Shown: positions 1-10,454 of the stretch, one piece after another
How the letters are laid out: each line of letters opens with the position of its first letter
How positions within the stretch are numbered: position 1 is the first letter of the stretch
Assembly: GCA_031426075.1 (NCBI GenBank)
Contig: JANPKN010000262.1
Location: forward strand, 1 to 54,021
Reading direction: 5' to 3'
From: Sphingomonadaceae bacterium
GTDB taxonomy: Bacteria > Pseudomonadota > Alphaproteobacteria > Sphingomonadales > Sphingomonadaceae
Length of the DNA stretch: 54,021 nucleotides
Notes under the pieces: model-generated
Told to the model about the DNA's origin: nothing
Seen by the model: only the letters and a program-made list of their open reading frames with translations
Databases searched by the model: none
Position numbers and translations under genes: made by a program

Positions 1-410
1 GCAAGCTCAACCTGCAAACGCCCTTCGGCCGTGGCAGCGCGTTCACCGAAAATCTCCAGAATTAGACCAGTCCGGTCTATGGTCTTGAGCCCGGTGCGCT
101 CTTCCAGATTGCGTTGCTGAATTGCGGTTAGTGACGCGTCAACGATCAGCAGGTCTGCCTCGAGTTCACGGCCCATTTCGGCAATTTCTTCAACCTGTCC
201 ACCGCCAAGCAACGTCACGGCGCGCGGCGAACGCACACGATAATGCTTTTTGCGGACAACATTCAGGCCAATGGCAAGCGCAAGCCCCTCAGCTTCAGCC
301 AGGCGTGCCTCTGGACCCACAGAAGCCCTGCCCGGCAGCTCGGGATAAATGACTAAGGCGCGCGCGCCGCGCGCGAACTCGTCAGTTTCGCTGCGTTCAA
401 ACCCGCTCAA
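1..410 (-). CDS. hflX: GTPase HflX, N-terminal part (runs off window start)
   Basis: Manual translation from TTG at 410, overlapping the hfq stop: ...[49 protein letters not shown], the HflX N-domain signature; conserved hfq-hflX order. Confidence 0.93.
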   Translation of the reverse strand, partial: MSGFERSETDEFARGARALVIYPELPGRASVGPEARLAEAEGLALAIGLNVVRKKHYRVRSPRAVTLLGGGQVEEIAEMGRELEADLLIVDASLTAIQQRNLEERTGLKTIDRTGLILEIFGERAATAEGRLQVEL

Positions 411-904
411 ATATCGCTCTCGTCGACACCCTGATTATATTCCGCGAGGTTAACGGGATGTGCTGGCTGGATCGTGGATATGGCATGCTTATATACAAGC
501 TGCGTCGTGCCATCGCGTTCCAGCATGACCGAAAAAAGATCATACGCAACGATTGCGCCTTGAAGCATGACTCCATTGACCAAGAAGGTCGTCACTGCTT
601 CATTTTTGTCGCACATGGCGTGCAAGAAGACATCTTGCAACATGCCTGCGCGGTGCGTCGTGCGCGACATCATATCGTCAAACAATGCCCTGTCCGGTGA
701 AGCGGATGGCATGATGGTCGAGATTGAGTGCTTATAAACAAGCTGAGACATACCATCGCGGCGCAAAAGCACCGAAAAATTGTCAAACCACGTTACAACA
801 CCTTGAAGTTTCACACCTTTGACCAAAAACATGGTCACTGGGGTCTTCGATTTTCTGAGGGAGTTCAGAAAGAGATCTTGAAGTCCGTTATTTTTTTCAG
901 TCAT
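407..904 (-). CDS. hfq: RNA chaperone Hfq with two tandem Sm domains
   Basis: Two copies of LQDxFL...FLVxGVxLQG...QLVYKHxISTI; located between ntrX and hflX. Confidence 0.95.
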   Translation of the reverse strand: MTEKNNGLQDLFLNSLRKSKTPVTMFLVKGVKLQGVVTWFDNFSVLLRRDGMSQLVYKHSISTIMPSASPDRALFDDMMSRTTHRAGMLQDVFLHAMCDKNEAVTTFLVNGVMLQGAIVAYDLFSVMLERDGTTQLVYKHAISTIQPAHPVNLAEYNQGVDESDI

Positions 905-1019
905 TGTGATTATCCGTTTATTTTTATTGTTAAGCTTAGTCCGGCTGAACGCCCATCAATCAGCCAGATAACACAGCAATATTACTATTACACGAATGTC
1001 ATCAACTTCGCAATTGAGG

Positions 1020-2420
1020 TTACGATTCCCCCTCATCGCCAGAATCCAGTGCGTTCTTGCGCACCGTAATGCCAAGCAACTTCAACTTTCGATGCAGCGC
1101 CGAACGCTCCATCCCCACAAAAGCTGCGGTTTTTGAGATGTTGCCGGAAAAGCGCTTAATCTGTACTCGTAAATAGTCGCGCTCAAATGCTTCGCGAGCC
1201 TCACGCAGTGGCGCGCCCATCAACGACGTCACGTTATGCTCTGCACCTTCGTAGCTATTGATGATTTCTGAAGGCAACATGTCGGCCTCAATCGTGGCGA
1301 TGCCATCCGCTGGCGCCAATATGATCGTACGTTCGATAATGTTGCGCAACTGGCGAACATTGCCAGGCCACTCGCATGCCTGAAGCGCGGCCATGGCGTC
1401 ATCCGAGAAGATAGGCGGCGAAATGCGGTGCTCGGATGCAAAGCGCGCTGCATAATGGTTGACGAGGTCAGGAATATCTTCGCGTCGTCCGGATAAGGGC
1501 GGGATTTCTACGGGCACGACGTTTAGCCTGTAGAAAAGATCTTCACGGAACCGCCCTTCGGATATTTCGACGGCCAGATCGCGCGCGGTTGCCGATACAA
1601 AGCGGACATCCACGCGTATCTGCCGATCGCCGCCAACCCGCACAAAGCTTTGGTCAGTCAATACGCGCAAAATCTTGCCTTGGGTCGTGCGCGGCATATC
1701 GGCGACTTCATCAAGAAACAATGTCCCGCCGTGCGCCTTTTCCAACATGCCAGCCTGAACCAGTCGGCCATCCTGTTCTATACCAAACAACTCTTCGTCA
1801 AACCTCTCAGGAGACAGGCGCGCGGCGCTGACCGATACAAAGGCAGAACCTGCCCGTGGGCTCCAGCTATGGAGCAAGCGTGCCGCAACCTCTTTGCCGA
1901 CGCCTGCAGGGCCCGTGATGAGCATTCGGCTGCCTGTGCCCGCCACCTTCTTCAGCGTTGCGCGAACGGCGTTGATCGAAGCAGAGGACCCGGTTAGCTC
2001 TTCCGAATGCCCAACCCGCGCCTTCAGTGCAGCGTTTTCTGCGCGAAGGCGCTCGGTCTCGGTCGCCTTTGACACAAGGTGCAATAATTTGCTGGCTTCG
2101 AATGGCTTTTCAATAAAGTCGGCGGCACCTTGGCCAATCGCGGCAACTGCAGTGTCGATATTGCCATGGCCCGAGAACACAATGACCGGGATTTGCGGAT
2201 CGCGGATTTTGATGGCACGCAACAATTCGATGCCGTCCATCGACGAACCACGCAGCCAGACGTCCAGCAATATGAGAGAGGGTAACCGCGCATCTAACGC
2301 GGCCAGAGCCTCGTCGGCCGAGGCCGCTGTTCGGGTGCCATATCCTTCGTCTTCCAAAACGCCCGAGACCAAGTCGCGAATGTCCTGTTCGTCGTCTACG
2401 ATCAGTATGTCGAGTGCCAT
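1020..2420 (-). CDS. ntrX: Response regulator NtrX (REC-AAA+-HTH)
   Basis: REC domain, AAA+ domain lacking GAFTGA, C-terminal GMERSALHRKLK HTH; downstream of ntrY. Confidence 0.92.
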   Translation of the reverse strand: MALDILIVDDEQDIRDLVSGVLEDEGYGTRTAASADEALAALDARLPSLILLDVWLRGSSMDGIELLRAIKIRDPQIPVIVFSGHGNIDTAVAAIGQGAADFIEKPFEASKLLHLVSKATETERLRAENAALKARVGHSEELTGSSASINAVRATLKKVAGTGSRMLITGPAGVGKEVAARLLHSWSPRAGSAFVSVSAARLSPERFDEELFGIEQDGRLVQAGMLEKAHGGTLFLDEVADMPRTTQGKILRVLTDQSFVRVGGDRQIRVDVRFVSATARDLAVEISEGRFREDLFYRLNVVPVEIPPLSGRREDIPDLVNHYAARFASEHRISPPIFSDDAMAALQACEWPGNVRQLRNIIERTIILAPADGIATIEADMLPSEIINSYEGAEHNVTSLMGAPLREAREAFERDYLRVQIKRFSGNISKTAAFVGMERSALHRKLKLLGITVRKNALDSGDEGES

Positions 2421-2422
2421 AA

Positions 2423-4687
2423 TCAGCCCATAACCTCATCTGAATTGGAAGGAACCGGAGAAGATTTCACTTTACCGACCTTCGATGCCACAAATTCGGG
2501 ATTGAATTTCAACGTCACAACCGCGCCCTCTGGGTCGTTGTCGAACAGTGAGATTTCCCCAAAATGCTCTTCAATAATCTTTTTCACGATCGCGAGGCCA
2601 AGGCCTGACCCCGTCGCGCGATTGGTGATATAAGGTTCCATGATGCGTTGTCTGTCTGATGGAAGGCCAACACCGTTATCCGCTATCCGGATGACCAATG
2701 CTTTTTCTTGCATTAAAAGGTCAACGGATACCTCCCCTTCGATTGGCCCTAATTTTCTTTTTTCTTCAATAGATTCAACGGCATTCTTAAGAATATTTGT
2801 AATCGCCTGCCCCAACTGCCGTCGGTCTGAAATGAGCGAGGGTAAAGTGCCATGCTGCTTGTACGTGAATGTGATGTCAGGGTGGGCTACTTCAAACAGA
2901 AATACGGCATGGCCAACAATGTCGTGAACATTCTCGGGGCGGAACAAAGGCTTCGGCATTCGTGCGAAGGACGAAAATTCATCGACGATATTCCGCAGAT
3001 CGCCAACTTGACGCACTATTGTACTGGTCAATTGTTCAAAAATCGCCTGATCCTGTGGAATGTTCTTTCCGAACCGTCGCTGCAGACGCTCCGCCGCCAA
3101 CTGGATTGGCGTAAGTGGGTTCTTGATTTCATGGGCAATACGCCGCGCCACATCGGACCATGCCGCACGACGTTGGTCAGCGAGTTGCTGGCTTATATCC
3201 TCAAACGTCACAACACTTCCCTGCTCTCGCGGTGATACCGTGACAGCGACGGTGAGTGGCTCTGGACCATCACCCAACTGGACCACCCCACGGGGGCTTT
3301 CGCTCGCTAAGGCGGCCAGTTCTGGTGCCACCAAGTCGAACTTCTGACCGACAATTGTATCCATCTTGTTCTTTAAAAGCTTTTCAGCCGTCGAGTTTGC
3401 CAGTTGAACTACGCCACTGCCATCGACAGAAATCACGCCGGCAGAAACAGATTCCAACACCGCCTCAATAAACAAACGTCGCTCGCCAAGCTGATGATTG
3501 GTTGCGAGCAAAACGCCTGTCTGTTCCTGCAGACGCTCGGTCATGCGATTGAACGATTGTGACAGAAATCCGACCTCATCGTCACGATATTGATCAGCAC
3601 TTACTCGCGCGGACAGGTCGCCATCGGCAATCTTCTGCGCGGCGTCGACAAGGTTGTTTACTGGCCGCACAAGACGGTCAGCTACGCGTAATGCAATCCA
3701 TAAGGTGATCCCAATAATCATCAGCGACACAAAATAGAGCGCCAGATTGAACTGGATCTGCAATGCCCGCGACCGCGCGACCATCTTGTCGTAATCCTGA
3801 AGTACCGTTTGCGCTTTCTCGCCAAGCGCAAAGGAAGGTACAGATAATGCACGGCTCGTGTATAAATAGCTTCGCGGTGCATCGAACAACACCGTAACCG
3901 CTTCGATCCTGTCCGCCCGGTTGGCGATAACCATCCCCTCACCTGCGTTCAGCTTTTTTAAGATATCGGCGGCTATCCAGTCCTGCTTGCGACCATCATT
4001 TTCGGTTGCGACTGCTTCTGTGCGTTGAATACCGTCAGCGCCGACGGACACGATTGCGGATTCGCTTAAACGGCGGCGAAACACCTGCTCAAGATAATAG
4101 CTTAAGAAAGCCGGATCATCTGCGCTGGTCTGGCTAAGCGCATTCCGGAAATCGCCAGCCATCGTTACCGTTTCATCACCAACATCCTTGGCATTCACTT
4201 CATAATAGCCCTTGGCCAGTTCGCCTGCATTTTCCAGCATTCCACGCGCCGAGCCCGAAAACCAGAACTGGACACCGCTTTGGAACAGCAATGAAGCAAA
4301 GATGACAAGGAGCACCGTTGGAACTGCGGTAATGGCGGAGAAAATGGCGACCAGGCGGACATGCAACAGTTGCTTACTACCGATATTGCTGTTTTCTGCA
4401 CGTTTGAGGGCCACACGGCGACCGAATAAAACCAGGAGCAATGTCGCTGGCAACAAGTTGCTGACCAGCATTGTCGCCGAGGCGGCAGGCGCCAGAGGCT
4501 CGGATTGCGGTCCCTGCCCGACCAAAAGCATAGCCGTAATCACGCCGGCGACAATCAGCATTACTGCGCTGGCAATTTCCAGGAATTTGATAGACTGGCT
4601 GTTGCCCAGCAAATGGGCCATCCATTCAAACAGGCGTCGGACGACTGAAGGTGTTGACGTTTCCTCCGATAATCCGATTGTTGCCAT
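2423..4687 (-). CDS. ntrY: Sensor histidine kinase NtrY (start probably ATG 4687; ORF extends to 4726)
   Basis: TM helices, HAMP, PAS-like region, AWSDVARRIAHEIKNPLTPIQL H-box, HATPase. Confidence 0.92.
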   Translation of the reverse strand: MATIGLSEETSTPSVVRRLFEWMAHLLGNSQSIKFLEIASAVMLIVAGVITAMLLVGQGPQSEPLAPAASATMLVSNLLPATLLLVLFGRRVALKRAENSNIGSKQLLHVRLVAIFSAITAVPTVLLVIFASLLFQSGVQFWFSGSARGMLENAGELAKGYYEVNAKDVGDETVTMAGDFRNALSQTSADDPAFLSYYLEQVFRRRLSESAIVSVGADGIQRTEAVATENDGRKQDWIAADILKKLNAGEGMVIANRADRIEAVTVLFDAPRSYLYTSRALSVPSFALGEKAQTVLQDYDKMVARSRALQIQFNLALYFVSLMIIGITLWIALRVADRLVRPVNNLVDAAQKIADGDLSARVSADQYRDDEVGFLSQSFNRMTERLQEQTGVLLATNHQLGERRLFIEAVLESVSAGVISVDGSGVVQLANSTAEKLLKNKMDTIVGQKFDLVAPELAALASESPRGVVQLGDGPEPLTVAVTVSPREQGSVVTFEDISQQLADQRRAAWSDVARRIAHEIKNPLTPIQLAAERLQRRFGKNIPQDQAIFEQLTSTIVRQVGDLRNIVDEFSSFARMPKPLFRPENVHDIVGHAVFLFEVAHPDITFTYKQHGTLPSLISDRRQLGQAITNILKNAVESIEEKRKLGPIEGEVSVDLLMQEKALVIRIADNGVGLPSDRQRIMEPYITNRATGSGLGLAIVKKIIEEHFGEISLFDNDPEGAVVTLKFNPEFVASKVGKVKSSPVPSNSDEVMG

Positions 4688-4769
4688 AAAGACACTGTGG
4701 CAGTCCTTGCGTTGCCTGAAAAGCACAAAATGGTGCTTTCCAAGCCACGTATCGCGTTAAGCCTTCAAT

Positions 4770-6191
4770 CTAACGCCCACCTGAAGGACCGATACCATAA
4801 TCAGTCAGTTTTTTGCGCAAGGTATTGCGGTTAATGCCAAGCAACGAGGCCGCTTTTAACTGATTGCCGTGAACTTGTTTCATGACATGTTGAAGCAATG
4901 GAATTTCGAACTGCGCCAATGCGCGTGGATACAGTTTCTCGCGAAGTGCCCCACGTTGCCGTTGATCGCGCAGGAACTGCGCTACTGCTGCTTCGAAACT
5001 TGCGCCTTGAATTGGCGGCTCGGCATCCTGAGCAGGTTCAACAAATTGCATAATCGTCGCTTCAGTGATTGTGTCTTCGCGACACAACAAAGCGAGGCGG
5101 TAAATCAGGTTTTTCAATTCCCGAATGTTGCCACGCCATGGCATCGCCATTAACTGGCTAACGGCGTTATCGTCGATTTTCCGAATGGGCAGGCCGTCCT
5201 TCGCCGCCATGATCAGGAAGTGCTGAGCCAGCAGGCTGATGTCTTCGGTCCTATCGCGTAACGGGGGCATTTCTATCGGCACAACATTTAATCGATAGAA
5301 CAAATCTTCACGGAACCCTCCCTTTTCAATCAAGGCTGGCAAATTCTGGTTCGTTGCTGCGACGATACGAACGTCCAGCCTAATGCTTGCCTTTCCACCA
5401 ATCCGGCTGATCACGCCGCTCTGCAAGGCTCTTAGCAATCGCGTTTGCGCGTGCATTGGCATGTCGCCAATTTCATCAAGAAACAATGTGCCGCCTTGCG
5501 CTTGCTCGAACCGGCCAATCGATTGGCCAACGGCGCCGGTAAATGCCCCTTTCTCGTGACCGAAAAGCTCGGCTTCAATCAACTCGCTCGGGATGGCAGC
5601 CATGTTGACGGCGACGAAAGGCCCCGTTTTGCGATGACCAAGATTATGGATGGCTTCGGCCACCAATTCTTTTCCGGTGCCGCTTTCGCCAGAAATCAGG
5701 ACTGACAAGTCGTTACGCAAAAGCCGCGCAACCATGCGATAAACATCCTGCATTGCGGCGCTTCGCCCGATCATCGGAAGATTGGCTTCAGTCAGGGATT
5801 CAAACGGGTCTTCAGCAGTTGAACGGCGCTTTTCAATGCCCTGCTTTACAGCCAGAACGAGGTCGTTCAGGTCAAAAGGCTTGGGAAAATATTCAAACGC
5901 ATCAATTTCGCTGGCCCGCACGGCGGTCTCAAGTGTATTTTGCGCGGACATTATAATGACCGGCATGCCGGGCGATTTTTCCATCGCATCCTTTAAGGTC
6001 GCAAGGCCATCGCTGTCCTTCAACATGACATCCGTGAGCATCAAGTCGAATTGACCGTTCGCCAAGACTGTGTCGCGGGCGGCCACGGAATCGCACAACT
6101 GCGTCTCAATATTCTCCGCTTGAAGCGCTGCGCTTACCACCAGCCCGATAGATGCGTCATCTTCAACAATGAGTACCCGTGGCGGTTTCAT
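4770..6191 (-). CDS. ntrC: Nitrogen regulation response regulator NtrC
   Basis: REC domain, GESGTGKE, intact GAFTGA, Fis-type HTH LGINRNTLRKK; dusB-ntrB-ntrC order. Confidence 0.92.
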   Translation of the reverse strand: MKPPRVLIVEDDASIGLVVSAALQAENIETQLCDSVAARDTVLANGQFDLMLTDVMLKDSDGLATLKDAMEKSPGMPVIIMSAQNTLETAVRASEIDAFEYFPKPFDLNDLVLAVKQGIEKRRSTAEDPFESLTEANLPMIGRSAAMQDVYRMVARLLRNDLSVLISGESGTGKELVAEAIHNLGHRKTGPFVAVNMAAIPSELIEAELFGHEKGAFTGAVGQSIGRFEQAQGGTLFLDEIGDMPMHAQTRLLRALQSGVISRIGGKASIRLDVRIVAATNQNLPALIEKGGFREDLFYRLNVVPIEMPPLRDRTEDISLLAQHFLIMAAKDGLPIRKIDDNAVSQLMAMPWRGNIRELKNLIYRLALLCREDTITEATIMQFVEPAQDAEPPIQGASFEAAVAQFLRDQRQRGALREKLYPRALAQFEIPLLQHVMKQVHGNQLKAASLLGINRNTLRKKLTDYGIGPSGGR

Positions 6192-7279
6192 GCAGTAGTT
6201 TTCCCTGATGCGACCGGCAACAACAGCCGGAAAATTGTCTGCCCCTGCACCGCGTCGCGTTCGAATATTACGCGGCTGTTCATCTGCTGCACCAACTTGC
6301 GCACAATAGCGAGGCCAAGCCCCTGCCCTTCGCGTTTCGTAGTCACAAAAGGCGAAAATAACTCATCGACAATATGTTCGGGCACACCAGGGCCATTATC
6401 CGATATAGCGATCTCGACCGGGAGCTTAATCGAACGCCTGTCCATGTCAGCGTCCCGTAGAGCCCCGCTCATGATATATCTGGTCGAAATGCCTATCACG
6501 CCATCGAGACGGCCCTGAAGCGCGTCTGTGGCGTTTTGAAGCAGATTAATGAGCACTTGAACCATCCCGTCCGGGTCAATGAGAACGTCTGGCAACGATG
6601 GATCGTAATTAATTGAAATTTCAGGCATAGCACGGTTCGCCGCACGCAGCGAGCGGATGGCCCGTTCAATCAGCAAATGGATATTGGCCGGTGCGAGCTC
6701 TGCCGGTTCGGATCGCCCCAGCTTTTGCATCTGGTCAAGCAGCCGAGCGATCCGGTCAACTTCGGTCACGATTAAATCGGTCAAAGCGACGTGTTTTTCG
6801 TCCACTTGACGGGCAAGCAATTGTGCTGCGCCCTTAATGCCCGCTAGCGGGTTCTTGATTTCGTGGCCAAGAATCGCTGGCGCCCCCATAGCCTGTTGCT
6901 GACCGCTGTCGCGTTGGTCACCAATATGCTCACGACCCCCGTTGCGTGGCGATATGATGGCGATTCTCCAATCCGGCGCCTTGGACACGGCCGAGAGGTT
7001 TATATCGACTGTAATGACGCCGTAGGGGGTTTTAAGCTCCATATCCTGCGCGGAGATGTCACCGTCAGGTGACAACAAGGCCGCATTCATCCGCTCGCTT
7101 TCAAAAACAAGGGTTTCGTCTACGCGTCGCCCCTCCAGCCGCCGACGGCTTCGCCCGAAAAACGCCTCGCTGGCATCATTGGCATAATCAATAATGTGAT
7201 CCGGAGAAATCAGCAGCACCGGAACTGATATGCTTGCCAGCATCAGGCCATAATCAGGTTGATGCAAGGATTGTGACAT
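6188..7279 (-). CDS. ntrB: Nitrogen regulation sensor kinase NtrB
   Basis: PAS domain, HEIKNPLAGIKGAAQLL H-box, DNGPG, FVTTK, GLGL. Confidence 0.92.
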   Translation of the reverse strand: MSQSLHQPDYGLMLASISVPVLLISPDHIIDYANDASEAFFGRSRRRLEGRRVDETLVFESERMNAALLSPDGDISAQDMELKTPYGVITVDINLSAVSKAPDWRIAIISPRNGGREHIGDQRDSGQQQAMGAPAILGHEIKNPLAGIKGAAQLLARQVDEKHVALTDLIVTEVDRIARLLDQMQKLGRSEPAELAPANIHLLIERAIRSLRAANRAMPEISINYDPSLPDVLIDPDGMVQVLINLLQNATDALQGRLDGVIGISTRYIMSGALRDADMDRRSIKLPVEIAISDNGPGVPEHIVDELFSPFVTTKREGQGLGLAIVRKLVQQMNSRVIFERDAVQGQTIFRLLLPVASGKTTA

Positions 7280-7282
7280 CAG

Positions 7283-8278
7283 TCAGGCTGCCGTTTTAGT
7301 AAGGAATGGCTCGTAAAACCGCGTCAACTCCTCGATCACGACCTGAGGGTCATCGATGCGGTTCATAAAATTTCTGAACTCGGCCGACCCATTAAGGCCC
7401 TTGGTATACCAGCCAATATGTTTGCGCGCGATGCGCACGCCGACTTCGCTGCCATAATGGTCAAGCATCGCGCGGTAATGGTCCATGATCAAGTGGAACT
7501 GAGCGTCGATATTCGGATCGTCGATGGTCTGTCCGGTGCGGAACCAGTGCATCATTTGCCCAAGCAACCATGGTTTCCCATACGCGCCGCGTCCAACCAT
7601 GACGCCATCTGCGCCACTTAGGGTCAATGCCATCTGCGCATCTTCAATTGTGCAAATGTCGCCATTCACGATGACGGGCAACGACACTGCGTCCTTGACC
7701 TTACGCACAAACGCCCAGTCAGCCGAACCTTTATACATCTGATTACGGGTGCGGCCATGGACGGTGATCATCTTGGCGCCTAAATCCTCGGCAATGCGCG
7801 CAAGCTCAGGCGCATTCAAGCTGCCATGGTCCCAGCCCATGCGCATCTTGACGGTCACTGGAACGGATACCGCCTTTACCGTGGCCTCAATAAGGCTGGC
7901 CGCTAGCGGCAGGTCCCGCATCAGTGCTGAACCAGCGTCACCATTCACCACTTTTTTCACCGGACAACCCATGTTGATGTCGATGATCGCAGCGCCACGT
8001 TCTTCGTTCAGCTTTGCTGCCTCTCCCATTTCATAGGGCGTGCAGCCCGCGAGTTGCATTGAAACAGGCTCTTCAATCGCGTCCCATTCGCATTTTTGAA
8101 TGCTTTGCCGGGTTTCACGGATCATGGCCTGACTTGCGATCATCTCGGTAACGTTCAAGCCAGAACCGAATTGGCGCACGATCTTGCGAAACGGCATGTC
8201 AGTGACGCCCGTCATCGGCGCAAGGATGACGGGGCAATCGATTTTAATGTTACCGATATGGATTGGACTAAGTTGCAT
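7283..8278 (-). CDS. dusB: tRNA-dihydrouridine synthase DusB (NifR3)
   Basis: [31 protein letters not shown] motifs; start ATG 8278 or TTG 8284. Confidence 0.93.
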   Translation of the reverse strand: MQLSPIHIGNIKIDCPVILAPMTGVTDMPFRKIVRQFGSGLNVTEMIASQAMIRETRQSIQKCEWDAIEEPVSMQLAGCTPYEMGEAAKLNEERGAAIIDINMGCPVKKVVNGDAGSALMRDLPLAASLIEATVKAVSVPVTVKMRMGWDHGSLNAPELARIAEDLGAKMITVHGRTRNQMYKGSADWAFVRKVKDAVSLPVIVNGDICTIEDAQMALTLSGADGVMVGRGAYGKPWLLGQMMHWFRTGQTIDDPNIDAQFHLIMDHYRAMLDHYGSEVGVRIARKHIGWYTKGLNGSAEFRNFMNRIDDPQVVIEELTRFYEPFLTKTAA

Positions 8279-8288
8279 CTTCAAACAC

Positions 8289-8305
8289 TGCCTAAAATTT
8301 AGGCA
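8289..8305. promoter_or_regulatory. Probable NtrC binding site (autoregulation of dusB-ntrBC)
   Basis: Perfect 17-bp inverted repeat TGCCTAAAATTTAGGCA (TGC-N11-GCA with AT-rich core) just upstream of the dusB start. Confidence 0.6.
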
Positions 8306-8360
8306 GGCCGTTACCCGCTTTCAGCTTGGCGGGCAAGTCTGCTGTCGCTAGAGCGCGCAA

Positions 8361-9503
8361 ATGGCATCTCGTCCACTCACCGTTGCTTTAATCGTCGCCG
8401 CAGGTTCCGGCAGCCGTGCTGGCGGCGAGGAGCCAAAGCAATTTCGTATGGTGCGCGGCAAGCCAATGATATGGCACAGCTTCGCAGCATTGGCAGATCA
8501 TCACGCCATCGATCAGGTCTATGTGGCCATTGGCGCCGGACAAGAAGTCAAGGCCGCCGCGATGCTTGCGGGTTTGAAAAAACCGATCTTCGTTGAGGGC
8601 GGAGCAACACGGCGGGAGAGCGTACATTTGGGGCTTCAGGCGATTGCGGCGAATGGCGCGGTCGATCAGGTCCTGATCCACGATGCGGCACGACCATTCC
8701 TTCCAGCAAAGGTCATTGACGACTTGCTCGACGCGCTGATGATCGCGCCCGGCGCTGTCCCTGCTCTGCCCGTTGTTGACAGCCTTTCACGTGGCAACGG
8801 CATTCTGTCCGAAACTGTAGAACGCGAAAACCTATGGCGCATTCAAACGCCGCAGGCATTTGCGTTTCGCGCAATATACGCGGCGCACCAGTCGTGGGAG
8901 GGCGATGAACCAAGTGATGATGCGCGGATGCTGATGGCACAGGGCAACGAAGTGCGCATCGTTCCAGGCGCTGAGGCACTCAATAAATTTACGTTCTCAA
9001 GCGATTTCGTAGGAAATAATATGCCGTCATTCAGATGCGGAAACGGTTTTGACGTCCACCGCCTAGTTCCAAATGCCGAATTGTGGCTGTGCGGTGTGCA
9101 GATACCGCATGACAAGGGCTTGGATGGCCATAGCGATGCCGATGTCGCCATGCACGCACTTACTGATGCCATATTGGGTGCGATAGCCAGCGGAGACATT
9201 GGCGATCATTTCCCCCCAAGCGATCCGCAATGGCGTGGTGCATCCTCCGATCGGTTCCTTGCACACGCGATGAAGTTAGCGCGTGAAATCGGCTTCGAAC
9301 TGTCAAATGCGGATGTGACCATTATCTGCGAACAGCCCAAAGTTGGTCCCTTTAGGGGACAGATGCGCACGCGGTTGGCGGAAATAATGGCTGTTGATGT
9401 AGACCGGATCTCGGTAAAGGCGACAACGACCGAAATGCTTGGTTTTACTGGACGGGGTGAAGGCATCGCTGCGCAAGCCACCGCAACATTTGAGAAAATC
9501 TGA
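8361..9503 (+). CDS. ispDF: Bifunctional IspD/IspF (MEP pathway)
   Basis: AAGSGSR...PKQF, IHDAARP, QTPQAF (IspD); GNGFDVH, GHSDADV, GDIGDHFP, KATTTE..GFTGRGEGIAA (IspF). Confidence 0.95.
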   Translation: MASRPLTVALIVAAGSGSRAGGEEPKQFRMVRGKPMIWHSFAALADHHAIDQVYVAIGAGQEVKAAAMLAGLKKPIFVEGGATRRESVHLGLQAIAANGAVDQVLIHDAARPFLPAKVIDDLLDALMIAPGAVPALPVVDSLSRGNGILSETVERENLWRIQTPQAFAFRAIYAAHQSWEGDEPSDDARMLMAQGNEVRIVPGAEALNKFTFSSDFVGNNMPSFRCGNGFDVHRLVPNAELWLCGVQIPHDKGLDGHSDADVAMHALTDAILGAIASGDIGDHFPPSDPQWRGASSDRFLAHAMKLAREIGFELSNADVTIICEQPKVGPFRGQMRTRLAEIMAVDVDRISVKATTTEMLGFTGRGEGIAAQATATFEKI

Positions 9504-9505
9504 AT

Positions 9506-10018
9506 ATGGACACAGTCTTACCATCCGAGATTGCCGATCTGGCCGCGCGTGTTGTTGCCGAAAACAGGGCGGCCGGCCGAATGGTCGCGATTGCAGAGAG
9601 TTGCACAGGCGGGCTGGTTGCGGCCGCTATCACTGAAGTTCCGGGTAGCAGCGCGGTGCTTGGATATGGGTATGTCACCTACAGCAACGACGCAAAAATG
9701 AAGATGCTTGGCGTGAATGAGGATATCATTGACACGTTTGGCGCGGTTTCGGTCGCGGTCGCATGGGCTATGGCGCAAGGTGCATTGAAAAAAAGCGGTG
9801 CTGATGTGGCTGTCGCCATAAGCGGTGTGGCCGGCCCTGACGGTGGCAGCGCCAACAAACCCGTGGGGACTGTGGTGTTTGCAGTAGCCTTAAAGGGTCA
9901 AAACCCCGAGGATGTGGTTGGAGACCGCAAATCCTTTGGTTCAGACAAAAGCCGCGCAGATATCCGCGCCTATGCAACGCTTCATGCGTTGGAACTGTTG
10001 CTCCCGCCGACGCCATAA
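9506..10018 (+). CDS. cinA: CinA C-terminal/PncC family NMN deamidase
   Basis: AESCTGG, GSS, YSN..K, GAVS, SGVAGPDGG..KPVGTV. Confidence 0.88.
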   Translation: MDTVLPSEIADLAARVVAENRAAGRMVAIAESCTGGLVAAAITEVPGSSAVLGYGYVTYSNDAKMKMLGVNEDIIDTFGAVSVAVAWAMAQGALKKSGADVAVAISGVAGPDGGSANKPVGTVVFAVALKGQNPEDVVGDRKSFGSDKSRADIRAYATLHALELLLPPTP

Positions 10019-10440
10019 AGCGCGTCGGCGCGTTCAATAAATGCAGTCGTCATTTTACGAAGAGCGGAATCGAAAAATTGACCGGCCAGCGCCTCGAAAA
10101 CGCGGTTGCGGAATGAAAAATCGACGGTGAAGTCAACGATTGATCCGCCGCCTTCGACCTCTTCAAACGTCCAGGCATTGTGCAGATGCTTCATCGGTCC
10201 ATCAAGATAGTCGACGATGATTGATGTCTTCGGTGTCTTGACCACACGGCTGCTGAAGGTTTCCCGAAGCGATTTGAAACCAACAATCATATCCGCCAAC
10301 ATTTCGCTGTCCTCATCCTTACGGATGCGGATGGCGCTAACCCAAGGCAGGAATTCGGAATAGCGACTGACATCCGCCACCAAATCATACATCTGTTCAG
10401 CGCTATGCGGCAGGCTGCGGCGTTCGTGATGGTGCGGCAT
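9982..10440 (-). CDS. ratA: RatA/PasT (Coq10-like START domain) protein
   Basis: MYDLVADVSRYSEFLPW, GPMKHLHNAWTF, AFIERA; downstream of lipA. Confidence 0.88.
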   Translation of the reverse strand: MPHHHERRSLPHSAEQMYDLVADVSRYSEFLPWVSAIRIRKDEDSEMLADMIVGFKSLRETFSSRVVKTPKTSIIVDYLDGPMKHLHNAWTFEEVEGGGSIVDFTVDFSFRNRVFEALAGQFFDSALRKMTTAFIERADALYGVGGSNSSNA

Positions 10441-10454
10441 GTGTGTCTTGAGTC

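Noticed and set aside
4720-4739. Inverted repeat AAAGCAC-N6-GTGCTTT upstream of ntrY as an NtrC site
   Set aside because: One base shorter than the 17-bp NtrC spacing; cannot distinguish an operator from a weak terminator
9982-10440. RatA as a toxin-antitoxin module
   Set aside because: No ratB partner; the family is Coq10-like and sits in its usual position next to lipA
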